From positions 3,286,001-3,350,000 of the forward strand of contig OZ176052.1 in NCBI GenBank assembly GCA_964247055.1: 64,000 nucleotides of DNA, written 5' to 3'. Positions 1-12,400 of the stretch are shown piece by piece (the first letter of the stretch is position 1; each line of letters begins with the position of its first letter). This stretch comes from Paragordius varius. Lineage: Eukaryota > Animalia > Nematomorpha. The translations under genes and the position numbers were made by a program. The notes beneath the pieces were generated by a model. It was given only the letters and a program-made list of their open reading frames with translations. It had not been told where the DNA came from and did not search any database.

Positions 1-52
1 ATATCATTTTGATTTCAAACTTTTCCTCTATTCCCCACGTCTTATAATATAG

Positions 53-3000
53 ATCAAACTGCTGGTTCCAGTCATCATAACTCAACATTAGCAGCCATCT
101 CAAGTGTCAGCAGTACCAATGTGTCTAAAAATGGCAAAATTGATTCAGTTGGACAACCTTTGAGTGTAACGGATTCACCCCTTAACCTTCTTCAAGCAAC
201 GACAGTAACCACAAGCTCTAAAAAGGGTGCCATCAACATTGAATCAGCTGGTACTGGCACGTCTTCCACGGGTCATCATTCGGTAGGAAGCAAACATAGG
301 CGGCGCTTAATTGTTGATGCACAAAAGGGGATTGATGGTATATTTATATATAATATATATTACTTAAACTTTTTGCATTTGATTTATTTTGGTATGATCA
401 AATATAAAAACACGTTTGTATATGCGAATGAAATAAATTAGATTTTGAAGTATTATTAAAATTTGGGTTATTAAGGGAACTGGGGTATTCTTTTTTTATA
501 GCACGATTTTAAAATTTGAAATGGTTGTATATATGTTTTTGATTGTGTTTAGCTTCCATATTATTTGTGTTTATTTCAGTTATTTATGTTACTTTTCTAT
601 TATTATCATTTAAACTCGTTTAGGAATGACCATTAATAATCATTATTTTGCCTGAATTTTTACGTGAATAACCATTATTTATATTTTTGCCCATACTTTG
701 TATACCACTTTTTTACACGAACGAGTAAACCACCATAATAAATCCATTTTTTGCTCCAGCTTTTACACAAGTAATTTTTATTATTTCCCTTTCCCTCATA
801 GGTGATGTTATATTATTTTAACTCGTTTAGGAATAACCATTAATAATCATTATTTTTGCCTGAACTTTTACCGAAATAACCATTATTTATATTTTTGCCC
901 ATACTTTGTATACCACTTTTTTACATGAACGAGTAACCACCACCATAATAAATCCCTTTTTTGCTCTAACATTTTACTTACCTTTCCCTCCCTCATAGGT
1001 GATGAGATGCGAAAACAATTGAGTGATAGTAGTGACCTTGTGACGGATCTTAACCTTGCCCCACCAACTAAACGACTCATGCAATGGAAAGAAACGGGTG
1101 GATGCACTAAACTCATTAAAACTTTGCGTGGGTTCGGTTGCACCACGCGGTCAAAATCTCCGGCTCGTGTTCTTTTTGGCGGCACAATGACAGCTGGGCT
1201 TTCTTCGCAACCGTCATCCTCTGTTTCCTCTGGGGGTCCCTGCACAAATATTTTGGGAAGTGGTGGGGCATCTAATGTCAACAACATTAACACAAACACA
1301 ACTATGTTGGGACTCTTGACGGCCGCAACAGGCGCTTATGGAGTAACGGATTTCATGCTGGGAAAGGTAGGGGAAAAACTATTTGAAAATGTGTTGTAAA
1401 GAACGAAAAGTAATGTTTGTGTCTAGTTAAACGATGTTATGGTGATTTAGAATCTATATTCATAGGGCAATGAAATATATATTTTTTAAAAGGAATCATT
1501 TAATTTGTTCATTATAAAATTAGAATCTGTTTGGTTTATGAACACGATAATAACCCTTTTTGTTACGAACTTTATGACTTTTTTCATATTTTTAGTAAAA
1601 TTATATTATGAGCCACGCATAAATTAATTGGTTGTTCCTAAACCAAATAAACGCGTTAATAATTTTATTGTAATTAAGTTATTTTTACAAAATACTTTTT
1701 TATGCTGCTTTATTGATGAACAAAGTTTTCATAATTTTTAAATTTTCCACTCTTCTATATATTTTAAAAAAAGTTGGAATGTTATCGTAATTTTTTTCAT
1801 AAATACCCAAATTAATTTTCTGTCTTTTAGCCAAAATTAAATTTATATTGCAATATTCGTAATAGCTCTATCATCAAATTTTGAGTGTAACGAATCGTGC
1901 TATATCCGATATCGTGGCCCGTAGTGCAGTTCAACCCAATTTAACCCTACAAATGGCACCGGATGAATGTGGTGTTTCTTTAAGCGGCATTCCCAATGAG
2001 GACACAAGCGGTATTGAAGTCAACAACCAAGGCTCAGTACGAAGCCAACAAAACCAATCTGGACCACAGGGTCAAACACCCAAAAAACGAACTGATCATG
2101 GTTTATTTTTTCTTTTTTCGCACAAAAAACGAAATTTTTAGAGCAATTTGAGAAAACAATATAAATATAATACTTGATACTTGATGGCTTTTTGACTTCA
2201 TCTTTGAAGGTTACCGTGAACGGTCTTATTCCAAAGGTCCTTATCTAGACATTTGGTAATGTCGAGGTTTAGGGTTTTTATGTCATTTTTAATGTTGTCG
2301 CTCCAGGAATGTGTTGGGCGCCCTTTGCGGTTGTTTCCAAAGGGTTTTATGTGCTTGATGGTTTGGAGTGGGTGGTCGGTTTGTCTTCTTTCAATGTGAC
2401 CCAAGTATTTAAGCCTGCTTCTTTGTATAAACTTTTCTACTGTGTCATTTTTGTGTTTAGGATGAATATTGTAGTCAGAACACCAAGCTTTAATTATTTT
2501 GTTTTCCGTATTTATCATTTTGTCAAGATTTGTTTTGTTTAGGGGCCATGTTTCGGTGGCGTAAGTAAGAGCTGGTCTGACACCTGCTTTGTATATTAGC
2601 CATTTATTATTGTTAGATACATTTTTATTTTTGAGGACAAATTTTAGGGAATTGACTTTACCCCATGCTTGTTGGATACGTTTCCGTATTGCTCCAGTTA
2701 CATGACCTTTAGAGTCTATGACGTCTCCTAGGTATGTAAACTGGTCTACTTTTTCTATTGAGTTTTCGTCGATTGTCATATATGTCGAGCGTGTTTGAGT
2801 TGTATTATTGTTTTTACAGTTGTCACATTTAAAGTTTATTTGTTCGTTGAGTTTGCCGGTGATTTTGGAGCATTTTTTGTGAACCCAGAATTTGCATTTG
2901 TTGCATTTTATTGAATTTGTTTTGACCTCTTTGTCGCAGATAGCGCATGGATATTTGGGGCGCTGCGTACGATCTCCTGATATCATTATTTTTGTTTTAT

Positions 3001-6000
3001 TAATATTTATTTTCAGCCCATGGTTCTCTAAACAGATTTTCCATGTTCTGAATTTGTTTGAGATGTTTTCCATTGAAGTATCTGTTAAAACGATATCATC
3101 CGCGAAGATTAACTCCCAGGGCGGTTGAGAAGATATGTTTTTTGTTATACTGTCTAATATTATAATGAATAGTAATGGACTAAGTACAGACCCTTGGTGT
3201 AGGCCAGTGTTTGTCTTGAAAGGTTCCGTGTCTCCTATTTGCGTGCGTACCATTGTAGTTGTATTTTCATAAAGGACTAATATTATTTCTATTAAATATT
3301 CTTCGATGTAATTTTGTCTTAGTTAATTGTTGCCCTAGGGATATTATCAAAAGCTTTCTCCAGGTCTAGAAATATGTGGAAAAGTTTTTGATTTTTTGAA
3401 AGGTATTTTTCCTGTAGTTGCCTGATTATGAAGATGGCATCTGTAGTGCTGTGTTCTTTACGAAATGCAAACTGATTATTTGTTATTGTAATGGTTTGTC
3501 TAAGGCGATTGTCAATGATGCTTTCAAATATTTTGAATGTGTGTTTCTAAAAGTTTTAAGGGGCGGTATGAGGAGCAGACGAGACGATCCCCCTTATTTT
3601 TATATATAGGGATCGTTATACTTTTATTCCAGTCATGGGGAATTTCACGTTTGGTAAGAATTTCATCAAAAAAAGATGTAAGGTAGGATGTTAAGCATGG
3701 TATTGCTTTAAGCAGATCGATTGATAGTTCGCTGGCACATGGCGACTTGTAATACTTCATTTTCTGTGATTGCGTGGATGGGGGTGGTTTTAGTGTTAGA
3801 GGGATTTTTAAATTGTTTGTTTGGTTCATTGATTTTTCTAAGCTTTCTTTCCATATCTTGATTACACTTTCTGGGTTAGAGATTATTTCATTCATATTGT
3901 TTTTTATACATTTGGTTTTAATGATGTCTTGTTTGTTTGAGTTTATATTCTTTATGTATTTAAAGATTTTTTTATTTTTAACCTGGTCCTCTAGTTTACT
4001 GGCCAGTTTTATTCAATTTTCATTTATAGTTTTTCTAATTTCTTTCTGCGCTTTGTGTTTTGCGATCAGATATGTTTGTCTGTTTTTATCATTGCTATCC
4101 CTTTTCCATGCTTTGAAGGCGTCGTTTTTTTCTTTAGTAACCTCTTTTAATTCCTTTTTCCACCACCAATTTTTCTTTTTTTTATTGTATGGTTTGCATC
4201 TCCCACAAATATTATCTGCTGTTTTAACTATTGTTTTTAGGTTATCCCATCTTGAACCAATGGATTCATTGTTTTGCTGGAGCTTTTTGGATGCCTGGTT
4301 GATGTATTTGTTCCTGATTGTTTGATTTTGTAGTTTATTGTGGTTGATTTTGGCAGGTCTTTGGTATAAGGGTTTAGTTTTTAGTGTTTTCAAAACTGCA
4401 ATCACTATTTTGTGTTGAGTGAAGCTAGTTTGATGAGTTTTAATGTTAAGTAATTGTGGCCGTTTTATTTTAGGCAAAAGGATATAATCGATCATGGTAG
4501 ATGAGTTTGCTGTTTGAAAAGTGGTAAGTTGATTGTGGTTTTTTGTGAAGTGGGTGTTGGCTATGATTAGTTGGTTTGCTTGGCAATATTCTAACATCTG
4601 TTCTCCCATCTTGTCAGTACTGCCATAGCCGTTTCTACCATGGACTTCCCTGAAATCGTGTTCATTGTTACTAATGTGACTATTAAAGTCACCTCCTAAG
4701 AAGAAGGATTCCTTGCCTTGTATTGTATTTGTTAGATCTTGGAGTTCCGTCCAAAATTGTTGTTTAATTTCGTCTTTTAAACCTGGTTGGGGCGCGTATA
4801 TCGATATTATATTTAGGATGTAGTCATCGTGCACAACCTTAAGCTGTATTATTCTTTCATTGTGTCTCGTTACTTGGATAACGTTTTCGCGAAGACAATT
4901 TTTAATCGCTATTGCTACACCAGCCTGACCATTTTCTTGTCCTTGATAATAGAGTGTGTAATTGTTCGTGGTAATTAAGTTGTCTCCTTTTAATCTGGTT
5001 TCTTGTAAGCAGCAGATGTCGACATTCTTAGATTCGAGAAAATCAATTATCATGTGTAGTTTTCCATTTAAAGTACCGATGTTCCAGGTAGCAAATTTAA
5101 ATGTGTTGAGATTATTCATAATTCAGGTGTCGTGTTTTTTATAATTGTTATATCAGTTTATTATTATAATTATTCGGTATTGGTATCGTTATGATGAAAT
5201 AAAAAGTATTAAATTAATTGGTAGGAGGATTTTGTAATTAAGATATAATGTTAATAGTAAGAAAAATTAAATAAGTAAATATATTATTGTTATGATAGTA
5301 GGTAGAAGTTATTAATAATGTAATATCAATTATTATTATCGTTTCGTTAGAGAGTAAGTAGTTTTTGAATAAGACGTGTTCATGGTGTATAGGTTGAGGC
5401 GAGGTTTTTACTTTTCACATGCCCTTGTGAAAAAACTCCTTACGGAGTAGATGTTTTTGCAGAACATCCAAAACTGGCCTCTGCTGTTCGTTCACCAAAG
5501 GTGATCCGACCAACACCGCGGGGAGGTAGCAGTAGGACTTTGTTGGTCAATATAAATATAATGTATAATTTAAGGAAAAGTATACTTTGATTTTGTGTTT
5601 AATGTTTATGTATATGAAATGGAAATGTATTTGAGTGGGCATGTTCAATTAATATGTGCGTTTACTTAATAAAATGAATAAACCTTTAATATATAATATA
5701 TGTGAATTTATTTTAAACTGCCAAAAATTTCATAATATATAAATTGGATTATATTTGAGTTCTTAATGAATTTTAAGGTCAACCATCAACACCCGCCAAA
5801 AAACTTAAGCTAGAACCAATAATGGAAACATCTAAAAGAACAGAAGGTAATTGCTAATTTTTAACAAAATTTTATCACTCTCCAAACATATTAAATTAAT
5901 TCATTTCCTTATTTCGCTCAAATTATTTCAAAAATATTTGTTTTTAATTCTTATATTATAATTAGACGATTTTGATGATAACGAAAGTCGACACATGTCC

Positions 6001-7436
6001 CCATCAGGTTATGTTGATGAAGGCGACGATGATGAATTTTATAATGCTGGTTCAGCTGCCCGATATCAAGTTTTACATTTTTTGATATAAATTATTGACT
6101 TCTCCGGTTTACCTTGTAATATTGAGCCTCTTAAAATGAAACTGAAGCTCTTTAATTATAATGTACTTTGCTGGTTTTTAAAATGCTATAGTTTTTAACA
6201 ATCGTTAAATATTGAGTAGTTTTAATTTTATCACTTATACGAAAGATATTCGCAAAAAAATAATTTTTATAAAAATATCAACAAAAGAGTTTATAAACTA
6301 TTCAAAGATTACGATACGGACTATGAGCTATCATCTTTTTTTTTCCAATTGTTATGAATAGCGCTATTCTATTTTTTAAACATCATAATTAATGTTACTT
6401 ATATGTAACTGTTTAATAGGATTCTTCAGTTGGGCGATTTGATCAACCACCCTCTATGGATTCTCAAACTCATGACATGCGATCACCATTATCAAGTATT
6501 TTTTTATTTTTCATATAAGTATCCAAATTTAATAAAATTAACGCTTTATCTGTTATATTACCATTGTTTTTTTTTCTTTTATTAATTGTTGTTTAAATAT
6601 ATTGTTTTAAAAAAACTATTTTGAAAAACCTATTTTAAGAACAAAAACCCCAATCTCGCATGCCTACGGCGAATGGTACATCCGCCCTTGATGATGAAAA
6701 TGATCTCTTGCTAATGAATAATGCCTTGATTGGAGTTAAGGAAGAAACTGAAACACAAGAACATTACAGTGAAAGGGTGTGGGGTCAACGCGCCCTAACT
6801 TTTTTCAATACCATAGCCCGAACCTTTGAACAGCTCTCCTTACAAAAAACTTTACCTGGTTTGTGTGTTTATTTAGGCCATTTTTTTAGCAGATTAAAAG
6901 CAAAATTTTTTGCTATGTTTTTACCGATATTGGTGTTTTAACGATTGTTTATCCATATAAAATTATATATTCTTTTATCAGGTCAAACCCCTTATTTAAC
7001 TTTTGATCAATTTATACCCATGACCTTGGAACGATCAAAGGGTGGTCACACGTCACACAAAAAAACTACGCGAAAACTTGTGGCTGCCAAATTTTACAGT
7101 TTGCTTGTGCTGAAAAAGGATCAGGTTTTGGATATTCAGCAGGATATCCCATACGGAACCATATATATAAAGCAGGGGCCCAAGTATAAAGATGTCCAAT
7201 CGGTTAAATCTTTAAGTTCTGCATTACCCCAAAATAACAACGTTAACAATAATGCCCCACAACAACCTATAATATCCGAAAATTATGGTCACTCTACAAC
7301 GCATTTACAAGCCCATAACCAAATGTTACAACAATACATGTTAAACAATAATAATGTAAATAATCAACCCCAACAACCATCTTCAGTAATGAGTGATTCA
7401 ATGTCTGGAAATAGTACACCAGTTGCAGTGGCCTGA
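53..7436 (+). CDS. RAD21: Cohesin kleisin subunit Rad21/Scc1 (5'-partial; N-terminus lies upstream of the window)
   Basis: Exons 53-337, 999-1366, 1866-2100, 5778-5846, 5966-6069, 6420-6495, 6640-6858 and 6982-7436 have GT-AG boundaries and consistent phases (603 codons including the stop). The peptide [50 protein letters not shown] matches the Rad21 STAG-binding segment (human [50 protein letters not shown]). [32 protein letters not shown] matches the C-terminal winged helix. Confidence 0.93.
601..1005 (+). repeat. ~200-bp tandem duplication in a RAD21 intron that includes the 3' splice site
   Basis: 601-807 and 808-1005 are near-identical (aactcgtttaggaat..cattaataatcatta..ccatactttgtataccacttttttaca..caccataataaatcc). 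Both copies end in CCCTCATAG|GTGATG. Confidence 0.85.
2198..5119 (-). pseudogene. Disabled EN-RT polyprotein of the RTE element
   Basis: An in-frame TGA at 4013-4015 interrupts a frame that continues into 3895-3524 (probably TGG>TGA). A +1 frameshift follows near 3545 ([18 protein letters not shown]), with further indels at ~3400 and ~3320 around FLDLEKAFD. The RT C-terminal part 3253-2198 is open. Confidence 0.9.
5478..5548 (-). ncRNA. HDV-like (double-pseudoknot) self-cleaving ribozyme
   Basis: Minus strand: GACCAAC-AAAGUCCUA-CUGCU-ACC-UCCCCGC-GGU-GUUGGUC-GG-A-UCACC-UUU-GGUGA-ACGAAC-AGCAG-AGG. P1 is 7 bp (5548-5542/5514-5508), P2 is CUGCU/AGCAG and P3 is ACC/GGU. The L3 CC pairs with GG (P1.1), P4 is a 5-bp hairpin, and J4/2 holds the catalytic C (5490) in CGAA. 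Every HDV-fold element is in the canonical order. Confidence 0.88.
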
Positions 7437-8719
7437 AGCTATTGAAAGATTCTTTTCATTTAGTACAGATAATGCAACCCTTAAAATTAATGATTAATTG
7501 ACGCTTTTTTTCAAAAACGTAGATCAACTTGTTTTTATATAGATATACAGTATGAGTAAGTATACATTGCTAAAAAGTTATAAATTATTGCGAAATGGCA
7601 TTTTAGTATTATTGGCTTATAGTTTTTTCATATTTTACTATTATTAGCCAATAATTTTCTTTGCTGCATATGCTATATGGCAATAATTAATAACTTTCTA
7701 GCATGGTACTTACTCATACTGTTATATTAATTAATAACGCCCCATTCATCTTAATGTTTTACAACTCTTTTTATTACACATAATCAAAAACTTTTTTGGA
7801 TACAAATGTTATTGTCAAATAGACTAGTTAAATATCGTTAATATGCTGTGACATTATTTATCTATATCGTAACAAATATCTTTATATTTTTTACTACTCC
7901 CTAACTTTTTATCCTAGCTAAATATATATTTATTTACGTCGAATTAAAATTTTCATACAAATTTTTACACTTCTTATCCCCCAACCCAAATAATATGTCA
8001 AAACTATATTTATAACTTTAATCAATAAATTAATATTGGAAATTAATATTTGTTGGTGAGTTTTATAAATCACAATATCTATTTTTCGAGGTTTGTTTAT
8101 TATTAATTAGCTATAACATTAAAACATTCATCTATAAATATTTTCTTGTGTAAGCGTTTGATCAGAGGACGTTCGTAAAAAAACCAGATTATTTTGAAAT
8201 TTTAAAGATATTTATTATTAAAATAATAATTACTTCATCTTTATATCGGTACGTTTCCAAAATTTGGAGCATCCAATACTGACATGTTAAACACATCATT
8301 TAATTCTAAGACCGAAATTTTTAAATTGTAACAAAACATAATAATCTTAATTATGTATGTAGTTTAATATATTTAGTAAATTAAAAAATAAAACATTTTC
8401 ATATCCTTTCTTTTTCAAATGGCAAATTTATGAATCAGGATTTTTAACAATATCATATAGTAAATTTAATATATTTTTGCATAATATGACCTTTAATTGA
8501 AAGCGCCCATATAATAAAATAATTTATTAAATTATCCGTTTTCATCTATAGAGGGGGCTCCCTGAAAAATAGCATAAAATTTATTAAAAGTTTTCTTGGC
8601 TAAAATTCATATATTTATTGAACATCATATATTTCTCATGTACCAAGCGTCAGACTGTGATCGCGCTTAAAATAACTATTACGCAAGTTAACCATGTCTA
8701 ATAGGATGCGTGTTAGAAA

Positions 8720-9490
8720 CTAGTGGCGTAGCGACTCTTAAATAATCATAAATAACCGTTTTCCACTCCAAATGATCTTGACTTTCGAATTATTTGGGTA
8801 TATAACTGATTTACGGATATCGGCCACCGCTTTTTGAGGCGGCCTCCTTTGCGAGTACCATCGACCAACCCAAGGAGAATGTTTTTTCCAGGGAATCGGA
8901 TCGTAGAATGTGGCTTAGATATTTTAATTGCTTATAGATCACCAGATCGTAAATTAAGGATTCTGGTTTGATAAAGTTAATTATATATACATGTGGGTTA
9001 TTTAGAAAATCCTCAATTTTCCGGAAGTACCACATTTGAAATGAGGTAATGCCTGCTTTGTTAGTGGATTAATATAATCATTGATTCAGACCTGTAAATA
9101 GCAATGGGGTAAACCATCGCCTTTAGGATGGCTAATTTGGTTAAAACTCTTATGATACCGAGGAGTTCCAAATTCTAAACAGCTTGCCTTCGTAGCGCGC
9201 CCTAATCCAGCCGTGACGTGATCTGAATTGCAGTCAGTTGCAAATATTGAAAAACCTAAATATTTGCACTAATCGGTTAAGTGGATGGAGGAAGCATTAA
9301 GTGATATTTGAATTTTTGGCATTGTTTCTACATTGCGTAGATAACAATCATGAAAGCTCAATACAAATGACATTTTAGCCATTGAAGGGTTACAGGTCGA
9401 GATTAACATAGGTGGCGCTTTAACATGGTTTCCTGAATCGGCGTGAGTAAAAAGATGGAAGGAAACCCGCATGCCAATATTTTCAATCAA
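8720..9490 (-). mobile_element. Degraded, 5'-truncated RTE/BovB-like LINE fragment (RT C-terminal region)
   Basis: Frameshifted minus-strand peptides: KYLGFSIFATDCNSD, TKLAILKAMVYPIAIYRSES (~9082-9140), WYFRKI, LKYLSHILRSDSLEKT and ILLGLVDGTRKGGRLKKRW. They follow the order of the RTE/BovB motifs FLGS, TKVRLVKAMVFPVVMYGCESW, YFGH..R..SLEK and G.R.RGR...RW. Boundaries are approximate. Confidence 0.7.
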
Positions 9491-12400
9491 AAACCGGTAT
9501 ATAGCTTAGATATTACTAGATTTTTAATAATTTTTGAAAATTGTAAAAAGCGAAAAGGAATTTATTTTAGCATGACGTTTTCTTATTAGTTTTTTCTTTG
9601 TCGATTAAACGGTTGTTTGGGATCTCTGCATAAGCATATGCTCAATCATGCTTTTATCCATTTTAAATTGATTTTTATTATTTTTTCCAACTGAATCTCC
9701 TGACGATGTCTTTGGCAAAAATTTGAGAATCAATAAATTATATTTTATTTTTACCTTATTTTACGATGATCTCCACATGGTTCCTTTTAATATATGTCCA
9801 AACTTTCGGTTACAAAGGAAGCGAAAGATTTTGATAATAATAAATAAATGTTAGTTTTGTGTGAGATTTTTTAAAAGAGATTTTATATAAAGTAAGGACA
9901 TACTGTCCATATGATACCTACATAATTCAATAATCAGGCAAAATTTTGACGTTTTTTACAGATAATAACACTCAAATTTCAGTAATATAGCACAATAACA
10001 TTAATAACAATATGTCATATTATATTATTATTATTATTATCAATATATGATAATTACATTAGCATTATTCCTCGCCAAAACTAAAAGAAATCAGGAGTTT
10101 ACAAAAATTGATCTTTCTTTGGGGAATTGTATGGAAAGCATATTCATAAATTATTTAAGCACAATATACAGATTGCAATATCTAAATAATCTCTGACGGT
10201 CAAATTTTTATACTAATTTTCACTCATTATCCATAAATTAAGATTTTTATCAAATATTGATTTTATCACTCTAAATTACATTATCACTAACCGTGATGTT
10301 CTATAACGCTTACTAAGGATTGATAAAAAAGATAATTATTTGTCGTTTACAATTGAGATGATTTAAATAATGATGGTATATAAAATAAATTAAGCCAAAC
10401 GGTAAATCAATCGGTAAATTATAATATAAGTTTAAAAAACGGCTGTATCTAAAATTCCGAACATAGTAGCAGAACTTATCTATGTTTTTTATTTTTATGA
10501 TTTTCAATGTTACCATTTTGGCTATTATTCCTGGTTAATCATCCTACAAGTTATACATACAATCTAAGCAATTTTAGATTTTAGTTATAACACAAATTAG
10601 CTTAATATTATAAATTTGACCATAATTTGCGCACATAACAAAGAAAATGATCAATATAATATGTTCCTTGTCGTTTTCCAAAAAATCGTTATAATTTTGT
10701 AGGCTTTTTTTCATAGAGGTGGGATTAACATGGGTTAATTTACAAAAGTGTTTTCTTATCATCATATATGCGTAAATGGTATATCTTATCCATAATTCAT
10801 AAATAAATTCAGGTAAGGATACCAGAAAATTGATTAGAAAGACTCGATAAACGTGTTTTGGTGATTTAAATTTGTTGGTAAACTAGGTTCAATATAATAT
10901 TCTTTGAACTAAATGTCGAATAGTACATCGATAGTTTCAAAAAAATATATATTGTGAGGAAAAACCAATGTGAATTTTTTTAACAACAGGTATATCATAC
11001 AATATTTATTCAAATTTTTACCTATTTTTACTTTTTGCAATATTGCAGCCTATATAACAAATTACATTAACATCTTTAATCTACTTTTTCTATTCATATA
11101 TTATTATTTTTTTAACTGTTATGATGTTTTAAAAAGGAACGGTGGATGAGACCTGAGATGGTAAGTAGGAATATAAGCTAATTTGATAAGTACTGTGTAA
11201 TTATTTGCCTTTACTAATTTAAATATTTTATGATAAAAGCTTTTCTCCTCTCAAGTTTTTTTACATTACAGAATATATAATAAACATCTTTCTGGAATTT
11301 TTATTTCGTTTAGGAGAGCCAGAAGCAATTTTCTCTAAAAACTCATTAGTTTAGAGTAGATAAAAAATATGAAATTATAATAACATTATTACATATTTTA
11401 TCCTAATGATTAGATTAAAAAGGATATTCTTTATTTTTTATTATTTATGTTATCTCGTTGTGGTTTTTATTTGTCCGGGTTTATGAACACCAACAAATAA
11501 CTGTTAATTTTTGTACAGGATTTATCATACAAATTTCAGATACTTAAAGTAATGTTCTCGCTAAAAACTTGGATGTAATTATATAATTTTACGGAAACAC
11601 TAGAGATATTTATTTGTAATCTATTCACTGATTTTGATTTTTGGATTAAGGAATTAGTTTTTTACCTGCTATATATAAAAAACATTTTGACCTTGGGTAT
11701 ACTTATAATAAGTTTTATATTTCATTTACAAATTGATAGCCTATTTCACAATACAAAGTTCCACTTAATATTATTATTATCAACATATCATTCATATTTG
11801 TTGTTTTTATTTTTACATCTAAATAAAACGTAAAAAAATTAATGCTCGATTATCATATTATTTTTTGAATATATATACAATATATTAAAAAAGGAAATAA
11901 AGATTATTTATTTTCGCAGATAAATTAATATCTACCTGACCAAACACACACTTGTGTTTTATATTTTTTTATTATTTTTTTCCCATTTATCAAATCAAAC
12001 ATTTTTTATTTAATGATAATTTTTGGTAATAATTTATGATGGGAATTGAAATATCATTCGAGCTATTGGCCGGATACTATTTCTAAAATGTATGTTTTTT
12101 ATTTTTGTATATTTTTTTATTATATTCTCAATATAAGATATTTAAATCATTTAAGCACCCTTTTTAAATATAGCTTTTAACATTTTTTGTATTAACAAAA
12201 TTTATTAGATATGTTTGTTGTAATGTATTAAAGTATATCAAACTTATTTTTTTATAGTATTGGCCTCATTTTTTAAAAGATTATTTACATATGTTACATA
12301 CATTATGACAAGAATTTGACACGCAATTTTTGTTTCATTTACCATATAATTCATCCAAAAGTTTTTAATTTTGAATAACATTTGTTTATATAAAAAAAGC

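Larger units (their letters stand above)
2172..5548 (-). mobile_element. Full-length RTE-clade non-LTR retrotransposon, antisense in a RAD21 intron
   Basis: The 14-bp TSD AATATAAATATAAT lies at 2158-2171 and 5549-5562 (15 bp if the shared C is counted). The 3' end carries a short tandem tail (TCAAGTA)2 on the minus strand. The single ORF encodes an APE endonuclease ([30 protein letters not shown]) followed by RT ([19 protein letters not shown]). The 5' UTR starts with an HDV-like ribozyme. Confidence 0.95.

Noticed and set aside
883-1299. 138-aa minus-strand ORF, and many other short ORFs overlapping genes or TEs on the opposite strand or frame (e.g. 2309-2542, 3774-4325, 18524-18835, 31724-32023, 58547-59053)
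   Set aside because: These are shadow ORFs of real coding sequence, with no motifs or independent splice signals.
4013-4015. In-frame TGA in the RTE ORF as programmed readthrough or TGA=Trp recoding
   Set aside because: The same ORF has several frameshifts, and host genes here use TGA as a normal stop (RAD21, GPCR1). A TGG>TGA mutation is simpler.
5778-6858. Separase cleavage site (ExxR) in the Rad21 linker
   Set aside because: I could not assign a convincing (D/E)xExxR match in these exons. The N-terminal site would lie outside the window, so absence cannot be claimed.
9700-9722. Hammerhead-like CTGACGA followed by a small hairpin
   Set aside because: It is followed by AAAA rather than GAAA, and no stems I or III are present.
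9560-9830. Exon-intron-like pattern on the minus strand (AAG|GTAAAA..AAAG|ACATCG)
   Set aside because: All three frames hit stops on one side or the other, and there is no recognisable product.
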